From Patescibacteria group bacterium (GTDB taxonomy: Bacteria; Patescibacteriota; Microgenomatia; UBA1400; PJMF01), in contig JBMORQ010000027.1 of assembly GCA_049322575.1 (NCBI GenBank), forward strand, positions 9,092 to 73,091: DNA of 64,000 bases. Direction: 5' to 3'. Position 1 is the stretch's first letter; every line of letters begins with the position of its first letter. Shown one piece after another: positions 42,851 to 52,966 of the stretch. The notes below the pieces were generated by a model, which did no database searches, was not told the DNA's origin, and saw only the letters and a list, made by a program, of their open reading frames with translations. Made by a program: the position numbers and the translations under genes.

Positions 42851-45198
42851 TATGCGTGATTAATAACGTTTGCAATGATCTCGCCGTAATTTCGCGCAAC
42901 CTTGCTCCAACTACAGTGCTGTTCAAAATATTTTAGGCCATTATGTGACAGAGTTTTACGTAAAAAACTGCCACTAATCATCTGTTTGAAAACTTTAACT
43001 GGATCTCTTTCATCGATTATAAGAACCTCTTTTCCCGCTACTAAGTTCCAGCCTCTAACACCATCCTTATTCGCAATAATGGGTAAGCCGTACGATAGAT
43101 AGTCTGCAACTTTGACACTCGATCCACCCCCTCCCTTTGTTAGAGAAATAGCGATATCTGAACAAGAAAATATAATTTTTTTTGTTGTCTCGTTGACTAC
43201 TCCGGCAAAATGAACATTTTCCGGTTTATCACCAGAGTAAACAGTGCCAGCTCGACCAACAACCACAAAATCAATCTCAGGTAATTTTGGTGCTAGTGTA
43301 TTGCACAAATACTTCAGCCCCAACATATTGGGCATGTGGTCGCTTGCAATGAATACACAAACAAATTTTTTACCAAATAATTTCGTCTTCCATTTGCGCC
43401 TCAAAGCATTTTGTATATTTGAGTCTTCTTCCTTTGAAAAACCATTATTTACTACATATACGGATCCATTCAATTTTGAAAAATACTCCTTATCTTTTTG
43501 ACTTACACATACCACAGCTTCAGAATTTCTGGCTGCACTGTTTTCAAGTTTCTGCACCATTTTCAGCAAATTATCTTTAAAAGGGTGTGCCTCAAATATC
43601 TTTTCCTTTAGTTGATATTCACAATTGTGGCTCTCAAGAATAATTTTTTTATTAAGTTTTTCCGCTATGGGATATAAGTAGGGGTGACTAATTATTACTA
43701 ACTTTGCATAAATGGAGAGATCTCTTGCAAACTGCATATATAGTTTGTTTTTCTTAGCCATAAAAGAACTGACAACATCTGCAACACTCACATTAGCAAG
43801 GTTTCCATACCTTTCATCGTAGGAAATATGCTCCAGTGTCTTGGGAATACTTATTTCAATGAAATTATCATTTATGTATTTTTTCCTTAAAATCCCACGG
43901 TCGTTAAAACATAAATAAATGATTTTAAATCTATTTCCAGCTGAAAGGGCAGAGTAGAGACCATTGATCCTTGAAGCTCCTCCGTTGTTTGGGTTGGAAA
44001 TACTAAAATCATTTAGCACCAAAAGTGTCTCTCTATTATCATCCCTTTTTACTTGATTGATTTGCTCTCTTGCAAATTTTGCAATACTTCTCCAGGAAAA
44101 ATTCTTCCTGACATAATCCGATCCTAATTTGGATATATGCTTCTTAAGATCTTTGTTTTGTATCAAGCTTCTCAGATCCTCTGCAAAGTTTTTTTGATCT
44201 GAAACTACCACATGCTGACCACTTGTTAAATCCAACCCCCTCGCACCGCACTTAGTTGTGACGGTTGGTATACCCAAGGCTAAGTACTCAATCATTTTTA
44301 AATTGGTTCCTGATCCGTGAAACATAGGATTAATGGCAACATCAGTAGTTGCCAATAACTCATCTTTTCTGTCCTGATCAACTTCCCCTTCTAAAATTAC
44401 GTTTGGTGCCTTTTTCTTTATTGCACTACAACATAAGCCAGCAATCCGAAAGACGCAGTCTGTAAGAGATGGTGCCAGTTTTTCATTAATGAAGAGAACA
44501 GCCTCTAAGTTTGGTGGGTGGGCACTTCCAATAAAAAGGACCTCATTTCGTCGGACATCTCTTTTTCTATTTCCGTATTCGGCATCGTCAAAACCATTCT
44601 TAACCAAAACAATTCTTTTTTCATCTATTTCATACTCACGTAGAAAGCCATTTTTTTCCTCTTCAGAAATGGCAAAAACTAAATCTGATTCTTTAACTAA
44701 AACCCTCTCTAAAGACTCAACATAAGCCATACAGCGAATATCTTTCAATAAATAGCTAGCCATCTCTTTCTCTAGATTATAGCTATTGTAAATATGAAGC
44801 TTGGTGTCTATACCAAGAAACACATCAAAATCTGACATATAAGGCGAGTCATGAATAATGATGTTTGATTTGCTGTATAGTCTAAGAAATATTTCAAAAT
44901 ACTCATCATAGTAGTGCGCACTCAAGGCGCTTGAAATGCCAGACAATTCTTTACCAGCTTTCTTCTGAAAAAAATAGTTATAGATCTTTAAGAAATAGCT
45001 ATTCTGAGGAACCTTGTATTCCCTAAAATGCTCAGAATACTTTTCTCGCTTGGTTTTTTTATGGCTATGGGTATAGGAAAGAAGGGTGACATCGTAATAA
45101 CTACTCAAATACTTATAAAAATAGTAGTAACGAATCTCGCCTCCACTAGTTGGTGGCAACCTTGTCGAATAGTAGTTGATCACAAGAAGTTTTTTCAC
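42850..45198 (-). CDS. Tandem-domain GT-B glycosyltransferase (two GT4-like modules).
   Basis: 782 aa. Two successive Rossmann GT-B halves with E-x7-E-like regions (VAINPMFHGSGTNLKMIEYLALG; SLTKGGGGSSVKVADYLSYG). Confidence 0.7.
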   Translation of the reverse strand: MKKLLVINYYSTRLPPTSGGEIRYYYFYKYLSSYYDVTLLSYTHSHKKTKREKYSEHFREYKVPQNSYFLKIYNYFFQKKAGKELSGISSALSAHYYDEYFEIFLRLYSKSNIIIHDSPYMSDFDVFLGIDTKLHIYNSYNLEKEMASYLLKDIRCMAYVESLERVLVKESDLVFAISEEEKNGFLREYEIDEKRIVLVKNGFDDAEYGNRKRDVRRNEVLFIGSAHPPNLEAVLFINEKLAPSLTDCVFRIAGLCCSAIKKKAPNVILEGEVDQDRKDELLATTDVAINPMFHGSGTNLKMIEYLALGIPTVTTKCGARGLDLTSGQHVVVSDQKNFAEDLRSLIQNKDLKKHISKLGSDYVRKNFSWRSIAKFAREQINQVKRDDNRETLLVLNDFSISNPNNGGASRINGLYSALSAGNRFKIIYLCFNDRGILRKKYINDNFIEISIPKTLEHISYDERYGNLANVSVADVVSSFMAKKNKLYMQFARDLSIYAKLVIISHPYLYPIAEKLNKKIILESHNCEYQLKEKIFEAHPFKDNLLKMVQKLENSAARNSEAVVCVSQKDKEYFSKLNGSVYVVNNGFSKEEDSNIQNALRRKWKTKLFGKKFVCVFIASDHMPNMLGLKYLCNTLAPKLPEIDFVVVGRAGTVYSGDKPENVHFAGVVNETTKKIIFSCSDIAISLTKGGGGSSVKVADYLSYGLPIIANKDGVRGWNLVAGKEVLIIDERDPVKVFKQMISGSFLRKTLSHNGLKYFEQHCSWSKVARNYGEIIANVINHA

Positions 45199-45725
45199 TT
45201 TGAATTGACTAGTACATTGCTCTTTTTGGTTCCTCTAAATATCTTCCTTTGCAACCAACCAAAAAAATAATGAGTGAAACTTGATAATTTTACTACACCA
45301 TTTTTTTTCCCCAAATTTTCAGCTGATAATAAACTCTTGATTAAAAAAACTTGTGGATGGTATTCTCTGTAGAACATTGACTGCATAACTTTTTCCGACA
45401 CGTCCTTTGGCATGCTCTTTCCATATATATATGAATAAACTTTTTTCGGAAAGGAAATTGGATCACTATTTAAAAGTTCCTCAACATCGATTCTTTTTCT
45501 ATTTGTTCTAGAAAAATGATAGCGGATAATTTTATCAACTGTTTTTTTCACTTTGATGTGAATTGTTGACAAATAATAAATGAGACATTCGTATGTCAAC
45601 TCATTACTTTTTTTCTCAATAGCATTACTAGCAAAAACCTTTTCATCCACGTAATCAACCAGGTCAAAAATCTTTTCGTCATTTTTTCTATTTAAATCTT
45701 GAAGAGCGGTCTCAATTTTTGTCAT
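45195..45725 (-). CDS. Hypothetical protein.
   Basis: 176-aa ORF coupled to the GT4 genes. No motif recognised. Confidence 0.45.
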   Translation of the reverse strand: MTKIETALQDLNRKNDEKIFDLVDYVDEKVFASNAIEKKSNELTYECLIYYLSTIHIKVKKTVDKIIRYHFSRTNRKRIDVEELLNSDPISFPKKVYSYIYGKSMPKDVSEKVMQSMFYREYHPQVFLIKSLLSAENLGKKNGVVKLSSFTHYFFGWLQRKIFRGTKKSNVLVNSK

Positions 45726-45770
45726 GAGCTATTAAATTATGGTTGGCACAAATTACGAAAATACAAATTA

Positions 45771-46967
45771 TTAACAATTTTGCACGCTAGTAAGAAATAC
45801 TTTAGCACATTTTGAAAAATTATATGAATCAAGAATGTCATATTGCTTGTAGATGATTTTCTCAAGCATGGACGGATCATCGAGAATTCTTACTATATGA
45901 GCAAAGATGTCATTTTCCGAAGACACGGCCATGTCATTCTTAAGAATGCTATAGTTAAATGGAGATTCTTCGTGAGACAAAACCAGACAACCATGAAAAA
46001 TCGCCTCGAAGTTTACAATTCCCAGGCTTTCTTCTTTTGATGGATTGATAAAAACATCTATGTTCTGAAAAACTCCTGCCTTTTCATCCGTCGAAAAATT
46101 ATAGACAAACTCTGTCTGAGAAAATGATTTTCTCATTTCTTGTTGAATTTCAAGGTATGTATTTGTCTTAACTCCAGCCAATACTAATCGTAATTTCACG
46201 CCCTTGTTCGAGAAGATTTTTTTGTATTTTCTAAAAAAATTTGAAATCAATTCCAAATTTTTCCTTCTCGTTATCTGTCCGACATAGCCAATGGTAAACG
46301 TTTTGTTTGAAAAATTGTTTATTCTGCGCTTGATAACAGAAGCAATCTTCCTTTTTTGCTGATCAACATCTTTTAATTTATAGGGAGAAAAGGATAAATG
46401 CACAATTTTTCCGCTGGAAACTTTATATGTTGATTTCAATTCTCGTTGTTCTTTTTCTGACAAAACGAGTATTTTGCTGGATAAATCGAGTGTTTTTTGA
46501 AACAAATAGTTACCATTGTAGTAAGAAACGTTGTGGTAAGCGGGAAGCGCCACTAGCTTTTTGTGAAACTTTTTGGCAAAACACGCCGCATCAACAAACA
46601 ATCTTGTAGGCATCCCAGCAGCTATTATGAGATCTGAGCTGCGAATGATGTCACAAGCCTTGTCTGAATAAGACAAAATTGGACCAAAATACCACGGAGA
46701 AAAAATTGAAAACTTTCTCACAAGATTACCAAACAACTTATTAGCTATCTTTTGTTGAGTTTTTTTAATCGGTAGTCTGATTACATTTTTTTCATACCTG
46801 TTGATCGGTACGAAGTTTGAAAAAGTTTTGTAGCTATCAAGAGTCTCACCTTGTCCAGTGATAACAACCACCTCATGATCTGCCAACATCTCCACCAGCT
46901 GCTGTGACAGGTACTCAAGTCCGCCTTTTGCTGGCGGATAGCAATGTACAAAATATACTATCTTCAT
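45771..46967 (-). CDS. Glycosyltransferase family 4.
   Basis: N-terminus KIVYFVHCYPPAKGGLEY. GT-B C-terminal domain (FINPSKEESLGIVNFEAIFHGCLVL). Confidence 0.8.
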   Translation of the reverse strand: MKIVYFVHCYPPAKGGLEYLSQQLVEMLADHEVVVITGQGETLDSYKTFSNFVPINRYEKNVIRLPIKKTQQKIANKLFGNLVRKFSIFSPWYFGPILSYSDKACDIIRSSDLIIAAGMPTRLFVDAACFAKKFHKKLVALPAYHNVSYYNGNYLFQKTLDLSSKILVLSEKEQRELKSTYKVSSGKIVHLSFSPYKLKDVDQQKRKIASVIKRRINNFSNKTFTIGYVGQITRRKNLELISNFFRKYKKIFSNKGVKLRLVLAGVKTNTYLEIQQEMRKSFSQTEFVYNFSTDEKAGVFQNIDVFINPSKEESLGIVNFEAIFHGCLVLSHEESPFNYSILKNDMAVSSENDIFAHIVRILDDPSMLEKIIYKQYDILDSYNFSKCAKVFLTSVQNC

Positions 46968-47019
46968 GATAAAAAAGCTTTGTTTTTATTATGGTCTTGT
47001 CTGGGTATACCCTACGAAC

Positions 47020-47769
47020 CTATGTCTTCACAGACACTTGCTTTAAATACACATCTACCACATCCTTACTTTCTCCCCATCCCTTCATGATCGAGTTCTC
47101 GATATACATCGCCTTGTCTGTAAATTTCATCACTGCATCCAAGGAATGGCTAACCAGCACAATGGTGACTCGCTTTCTCTTGAACTCGGCCAGTCTATCA
47201 AAACACTTGCGTTGAAACGCCTCATCACCAACTGCCAAAATTTCGTCAATCAGTAAGATTTCTGGGTTGCTGTGAACCGCCACAGCAAAAGCTAGCCGTA
47301 AATACATGCCTGATGAATAATGCTTAATCGGTTGATCTATAAAATCCCAGATATCAGCAAAGTCAACTATATCATTAACTTTGCTCTTAATTTCCTCGCG
47401 GGTCATACCGAGAATTACACCGTTCAAGAAAATATTTTCACGGCCAGTCAGCTCAGGATGAAATCCGGCACCGAGCTCTATTAGTGGAGCTATCCGACCA
47501 TTCATCTTGATCGAACCATTAGTTGGCTTAGTCACTCCGGCCATCAGTTTAAGTAGGGTTGACTTACCTGACCCATTTGGACCGATTATGCCGATTGTTT
47601 CGCCTTTTTTTACCTCAAAACTAACGTCATTCAATGCCCAGAATGACTCAATCGTTCTTTGCCCACCGAATAAAGCAGGGAGCAATTCTTTAAAAGTTCT
47701 CTGCTTCTGCTTGTGAAAGAGCTTCCACACATGGTCAACGGTAATGGCAACTTCAGACGACATCTGCAA
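47020..47769 (-). CDS. ABC transporter ATP-binding protein, TagH/Wzt/KpsT-type polysaccharide/teichoic-acid exporter.
   Basis: Walker A GIIGPNGSGKST, signature YSSGMYLRLAFA, Walker B LLIDEIL. Confidence 0.85.
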   Translation of the reverse strand: MQMSSEVAITVDHVWKLFHKQKQRTFKELLPALFGGQRTIESFWALNDVSFEVKKGETIGIIGPNGSGKSTLLKLMAGVTKPTNGSIKMNGRIAPLIELGAGFHPELTGRENIFLNGVILGMTREEIKSKVNDIVDFADIWDFIDQPIKHYSSGMYLRLAFAVAVHSNPEILLIDEILAVGDEAFQRKCFDRLAEFKRKRVTIVLVSHSLDAVMKFTDKAMYIENSIMKGWGESKDVVDVYLKQVSVKT

Positions 47770-48532
47770 AAACCCCCTCTAGTTTTTTGAACAATTTATA
47801 ACTGACAATGAGAAAGATCATCGATAGAAGGAGAGCTATACCCAAGCTTCCTAGGTTGGGGAAGCCACCTCCTAAGATTGTTTGGCGATAAGCGTTAATA
47901 ATCACAGCCATGGGATTTAGCTGAAATATCCAGCGATAATTTGCTGGAAACATTTCCACAGGATAGATAACTGGGGTCAAGTACATCCAAACTAATAGCG
48001 CCAAATTCAATAAATACTGGATGTCACGATAAAATAGGTTTGCTGCCGCCAGAAAGAGCGACACACCGTAGGTAAAGATAGTCTGGATGATAAAGATCGG
48101 AAAAAACCACAAGATATTCCAAGTCAAGGGAATTCGGAAAAATATCATGAAGACCACAAAAATCAGTGAGGCCAAAAAGAAATCGATAATCTTGGCCAAA
48201 ATGGTACTGACCACGAAGACCTCCCGCGGAAAATAGATTTTTGTCAACAACCCTGCGTTGCCCACCAACGCAGTGGTGCTAGCAGCTAAAGAGTTGGTAA
48301 AAAGGGTCCAGGGAAGCAGGCCCGCATACAGAAAAATCGGATACGGCACACCAAGATCGCTGACCCTAAGAAGCTGAGAGAAAACAAAAGCCATAACCAA
48401 CATTTGGAAAAGTGGATTGAGCATTACCCAGGCATAGCCCAGAACCGACTGTTTATACCTCTGCTTAACTTCCCTCAAAGTTAGCTCAGAAATCAGCTCG
48501 TAGTAGTCACGAAATATTGACAACATTTTCAT
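47753..48532 (-). CDS. ABC-2-type transporter permease (TagG/Wzm-like).
   Basis: 259 aa, 6 TM helices, ABC-2 family. Overlaps the ATPase gene by 17 nt. Confidence 0.8.
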   Translation of the reverse strand: MKMLSIFRDYYELISELTLREVKQRYKQSVLGYAWVMLNPLFQMLVMAFVFSQLLRVSDLGVPYPIFLYAGLLPWTLFTNSLAASTTALVGNAGLLTKIYFPREVFVVSTILAKIIDFFLASLIFVVFMIFFRIPLTWNILWFFPIFIIQTIFTYGVSLFLAAANLFYRDIQYLLNLALLVWMYLTPVIYPVEMFPANYRWIFQLNPMAVIINAYRQTILGGGFPNLGSLGIALLLSMIFLIVSYKLFKKLEGVFADVV

Positions 48533-48767
48533 AGATCGGTTTTATCTTATCACGGTTGGGTTCCCATCCCGAGTGGATCTTGAGATATTTACCAAAATCA
48601 TCTAATTGTATCAGCTTTCAAAGACATCCTAGTCGTCAGTTGATTACGACTGTTGGTTTCACCTAGAACCAAACAGACAACGAAAGCCATGATAAAAATT
48701 AATACATTTACTTTGAGAATGCAAACTAAACTTTGTCGAAAAAGACGTAATACCACTTAATGATTGC

Positions 48768-50588
48768 TTAGTCTACACACCTCTCTCTAATCACCAACCA
48801 ATTTGGCATGATTAATTCTTCAGTAATATAAACATCAAAACTCTTTACTGGAGGAGCAAAACGATCTTCAGAGTATACATAAGAATTTGGCTCTACAATT
48901 TGCCTGCTGATAATATTATTAGCAGTAATAATCATAGAGTTTGGTTCTTTAAGATAACAAATAGCATTTTCATTTTCTACATCTTTTATTAGAATCTTGC
49001 CAATTTTTCTATGTGAATCATCGGCTTTTTGCCAACTATTCGGATCAATTTGTAAATACCAAGCCAAAAAAATTGCAGGATCAGTTGGTGCATTAATCAC
49101 ATAAACAACTTGCTCTGGATTTTTTGTGATAGAGTCACCAATAAAGTTTGCGAGCTGTTTAATGTTATTCTGAAAAGCTAGTCCAGATTCCTCTGGAAAA
49201 AATATTAAATAGTCACGCCAATACAATGCCGTGTTGAAAAGTAAGACTGATAGCGTAAACGTTATGGTTAGTTTCTTGATTAAAGATACTTTAGTCAACT
49301 GAATTAGATAGAAAACACCAACCGCCACAAAATAAACAATTGGCACGACCATCTGCAAAGTTCTGCCGGAGTGCGGGATATCGGTCGTTAACGCCGCTGC
49401 CAAAGGCGAAATCAACAACCATGAAATCATAAAAATAGAAAAATCGTCTGGGCGGCGAATTTTTTTTACCGCTCCTGCTATAAAAAATGGAATGAAAATT
49501 AACAACAAATTGCCGTATTTAGAAAAAGCATGCCTCGGCGAGAGATTGTCATCAAAAAACAAAAAGCCTGAAGAGAAATGTAACAAATAACCCTTAGCAA
49601 AATTATTACCGATCACTACAAGCTTGTTATTTAAAATTCTCAAGATCGGCAAACCGGAAACAGAACTCCGAAAATAGATTTCATTAACATTCTCAGTAAT
49701 TTTCACTTTATCAATTGCCAAAACACTTATTGCACGCGAACCCGCTGAATTGAAGAAGGTTAAATATGCAAAAACTATTGCTGAAAGGCCAAAAAAAACA
49801 ACCACCCACATTTCTTTTACCAAAAATGTTTTGAAAGGTTTTTTCTTTAGAAAATTCTTTAAAAATAGAAAAGATAAATATAAACCGGAAAAAACTGGTA
49901 GCAGCAATCTTTCGGCATTATAGGTATACATGCTCACCAGTAACAAAATCATACCAAGAGTTTTGAATAACCATTTTTTCTGTACGAAAAATGCCAAACC
50001 AATCATTAAAAATGAAAATCCTACGATTGGATCCATGGCAATCCTCGAATAATGGACATGCCAGGGGCTGATGGTCAAAAGAAACATCATCGCAAGCGAC
50101 AGCCATTTATCTTTTGTTTTGCTAAAAACGAAGACACCTAAAGCAATTATTGAAGTCATACCCAGTAATGAGGTAGGGAAGCGCACGGCAAAAGTTGTTA
50201 AACCGAAAAACCAAAAAGAAATAATTTGCAGATATGACAAGAGAGCTGGTTTGTAGTCACCAAAAGCTTTTAGAAAAGGTGGCCAAGAAACGCCCCACTC
50301 ATCTTTTCCCGTCTCTTTTAAACTATAAGCGTTATAAGCGTACGAAACCTCGTCCCAGTTTAAGCCGCGCGGAATTTCACTGAGTTTGTAGAAGCGGAAG
50401 CAGAGGGCTAAAAATAAAACCAATAAAACAAACAAAGCGAAAAGATACTTTTCGAAGCGCAAGAGAAGTGACTTACTTGTTTTTTGCCTCATGAAAAATA
50501 TTCTGACACAATTTCTTTTCATAACAAGGGTTGTGTAAAAATCTTTGGATATAAAACCGAAAAATTCATTTTTTCCTCGTTTAAACAT
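48768..50588 (-). CDS. GT-C-fold glycosyltransferase of the PMT/ArnT (GT39/GT83-like) family. The start is probably the internal Met at 50492.
   Basis: First-loop DE motif (LNWDEVSYAYNAYSL). More than 10 TM helices. C-terminal extracytoplasmic domain. Confidence 0.65.
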   Translation of the reverse strand: MFKRGKNEFFGFISKDFYTTLVMKRNCVRIFFMRQKTSKSLLLRFEKYLFALFVLLVLFLALCFRFYKLSEIPRGLNWDEVSYAYNAYSLKETGKDEWGVSWPPFLKAFGDYKPALLSYLQIISFWFFGLTTFAVRFPTSLLGMTSIIALGVFVFSKTKDKWLSLAMMFLLTISPWHVHYSRIAMDPIVGFSFLMIGLAFFVQKKWLFKTLGMILLLVSMYTYNAERLLLPVFSGLYLSFLFLKNFLKKKPFKTFLVKEMWVVVFFGLSAIVFAYLTFFNSAGSRAISVLAIDKVKITENVNEIYFRSSVSGLPILRILNNKLVVIGNNFAKGYLLHFSSGFLFFDDNLSPRHAFSKYGNLLLIFIPFFIAGAVKKIRRPDDFSIFMISWLLISPLAAALTTDIPHSGRTLQMVVPIVYFVAVGVFYLIQLTKVSLIKKLTITFTLSVLLFNTALYWRDYLIFFPEESGLAFQNNIKQLANFIGDSITKNPEQVVYVINAPTDPAIFLAWYLQIDPNSWQKADDSHRKIGKILIKDVENENAICYLKEPNSMIITANNIISRQIVEPNSYVYSEDRFAPPVKSFDVYITEELIMPNWLVIRERCVD

Positions 50589-50606
50589 CCGGCAAAAAAT
50601 GCCAAA

Positions 50607-51467
50607 TCAAACAAACAAAAGTAGTAATCCGGCAGTCACTCCAAATATTCCGATCATTTTCTTTAAGTTCAACTCATCTTTAAAGAAAAAAGGAGATAGC
50701 AGAGTCAATAAAGAAATTGAGGCAGCATTTGTGGCATTCACAAAACCAACATTAGCTGCCAAATTGAATCCTACTTGCATAAAATATGCATAACTTGAAC
50801 CAAAAACACCAATCATTAGTAGTGTGATAATTTGATCTTTCGAGAGTAGTTTCCATTCTATTTTTTTGTACTTAATTTCTCCAAGAATCAACATCGTCAC
50901 AATAATCATGGATATGATTAGTCTTGTTAGAATCGGAACACCCATGTTTAGAAGATATTTAGAGCTTAAGGCCAAAAAACCCCAGCAGAAAAATGCAGCT
51001 ATTGTGTAGGGCAACCACACCCTATTTGAATTTGCTCTATTTTTATCTCTCTCGATCGTAATTAGGGCAGAGAACAAGACAATTAGTGCTATCGCAATCA
51101 CTGACCTCACAGACAACGGTGAAGAAAATAGAAAAATTGAGGCAACTGCCGTAAACACAACATAACTTTTTGAAATAATAAGACTATATCCAGGATTTGG
51201 TGAATACTCGATTCCTTTTAGGGAAAAAGTATTTCCTAGATAACTGAAAAATATTGCTTGAATTACGATTAATATATACTCGTTGTGCTCGAGTGCAAAA
51301 CTCGTTTTGGTTCTAACCGCTAATAAGATATAAACAATCACTGGTATTAGAAACATGGCCAGATTGTTTAATTGTTGAGGAGTCTTGAGCGCATTGCTTT
51401 TCCTTACGCACAGATACAAAGCTACCGAACTAACAAACATAATCAAACTGGCAATAATCCAATTCAT
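50607..51467 (-). CDS. Polytopic membrane protein (DMT-like), function unknown.
   Basis: 286 aa, about 9-10 TM helices. Confidence 0.5.
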   Translation of the reverse strand: MNWIIASLIMFVSSVALYLCVRKSNALKTPQQLNNLAMFLIPVIVYILLAVRTKTSFALEHNEYILIVIQAIFFSYLGNTFSLKGIEYSPNPGYSLIISKSYVVFTAVASIFLFSSPLSVRSVIAIALIVLFSALITIERDKNRANSNRVWLPYTIAAFFCWGFLALSSKYLLNMGVPILTRLIISMIIVTMLILGEIKYKKIEWKLLSKDQIITLLMIGVFGSSYAYFMQVGFNLAANVGFVNATNAASISLLTLLSPFFFKDELNLKKMIGIFGVTAGLLLLFV

Positions 51468-51526
51468 AGTTTTTTATTCCGCACCCCGACGACCAAAGGA
51501 ATTAGGAGTTTTCAAACAAAGTAATG

Positions 51527-51601
51527 GGTGGCTGACCGGGATCGAACCGGCCACCTCCGCTTCCACAGAGCGGCGCTCTAACCGAATGAGCTACAGCCAC
51601 C
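51527..51601 (-). tRNA. tRNA-His (anticodon GUG) with an encoded G-1.
   Basis: Minus-strand reading g-gtggctg ta gctc attcggtta gagc g ccgct ctGTGga agcgg aggtg gccgg ttcgatc ccggt cagccac c. G-1 pairs with discriminator C73, the tRNA-His identity element. Confidence 0.85.
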
Positions 51602-51756
51602 ATGTTGTTAAAGAAAGACTGGGTGAAATAGATTGATTGCTAAAATTTATTTCACGTCAAGTTAACGAGTTCATCGAAGCTAGGGCCAAAATCCCTTCCA
51701 ATTTAACAAAAGAAGCAGAACTAGACTCGATGCAAAGTTAACGTGACTATTATAAA

Positions 51757-52443
51757 CTAATCTTTCCTGTCTGGCAAAGATTGCAGAAGCTGGGTTAGTT
51801 TGGGTAAGTACTTTATCTGTTCCCATGCCATTCGGTTGAGGTGATCAAGGTCACTGTGGACAGCAACTCCAGGAACAGCCCTAAACATCTCAATGTCACT
51901 CTCGCCATCACCTACCACAATCACATCATCTTTGGTCAACTCTCGCTCTTCCATGAATGATTGAAGCTGTCTGAGCTTATGGCCCGCTTCATCCTTATCA
52001 TATTTGAAATCAATCCAGTTTTCATTATCATCAAATACGAAAATTGAATTGGCATACCAGTGTTTTATAGCCAAACGCTCTGCTACTGTTTCCACAAAAA
52101 TATCTATCGAACTTGAGATCAAAGCCACTTCGTAGCCAAGATCTTGAAGTTCGTTGATTGTTGCAACGGCATCGCCACGCAATTCAATCGTGAAAAACAA
52201 ATCGAGCAAGTCTTCTTTGCTGATAACTTTGTGGTACTTTTTCCAGATCGCAAAGAGACCATCCCGCATCTCTTTCCAGTCGATTGAACCAGATTTGTAT
52301 GCGGTATATAGTCTGGCATGCTCACTAGTATCAGCACCTAAAACTTCAGTCAAAACGTACCAAGAATTGCTAAGAGTAATCGTTTTATCAACGTCAAAAA
52401 TAACAACCTTGGGTTTTTGTGTGGGGATCATCATTGTCAGCAT
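51757..52443 (-). CDS. HAD-superfamily hydrolase (HAD-IB / phosphoserine-phosphatase-like).
   Basis: Motif I VVIFDVDKTIT (DxDxT). Later motifs ISSS... and GDGESD. Confidence 0.8.
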   Translation of the reverse strand: MLTMMIPTQKPKVVIFDVDKTITLSNSWYVLTEVLGADTSEHARLYTAYKSGSIDWKEMRDGLFAIWKKYHKVISKEDLLDLFFTIELRGDAVATINELQDLGYEVALISSSIDIFVETVAERLAIKHWYANSIFVFDDNENWIDFKYDKDEAGHKLRQLQSFMEERELTKDDVIVVGDGESDIEMFRAVPGVAVHSDLDHLNRMAWEQIKYLPKLTQLLQSLPDRKD

Positions 52444-52600
52444 CCTTTCAGCGTGTTTGGGCTATACAGAGTTCCTACGTAATTCATTGCCTATACAAAA
52501 ACGCGGGAGGCCTGATGGTTAAAAAGCAAGCCCCCCATCTTCGTTGGTGAGGCTTTCATAACTCTTTCTCCAAGAGATTTTTAAATTGCCGATAATTACG

Positions 52601-52674
52601 TGCGCCAAGCTGGATTTGAACCAGCGACCTACCGCTTAGAAGGCGGTTGCTCTATCCAACTGAGCTATTGGCGC
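52601..52674 (-). tRNA. tRNA-Arg (anticodon UCU).
   Basis: Minus-strand reading gcgccaa ta gctc agttggata gagc a accgc ctTCTaa gcggt aggtc gctgg ttcaaat ccagc ttggcgc a. Confidence 0.85.
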
Positions 52675-52951
52675 TCTTGTGGATAACTAACCACCGTATT
52701 CTCTCAAAAAAACCAGTTTTTGACCAGAACATGACGATGATATGTACTAATACGCAATATGGCAATCTGTAGGGGTTACTCATTGCTTATACCACCAGGC
52801 ATAGACAGAGGAAACTCAGCAATAAGCACCAGTTATTTATCTGAGTTACTGTAAAGTCAGATCAACTAGTTGAAATAGTATGCTCTGGTGTCTCATTATC
52901 AACTCAACCGAAGACTATCATCTATACAACCCCCCTCAAGCGGCTAGCGAG

Positions 52952-52957
52952 TATAAT
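52952..52957 (+). promoter_or_regulatory. -10 box (gTATAATag) 9 nt upstream of the uvrB ATG at 52967.
   Basis: cgagTATAATagaggattcATG. Supports the shorter uvrB start. Confidence 0.4.
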
Positions 52958-52966
52958 AGAGGATTC

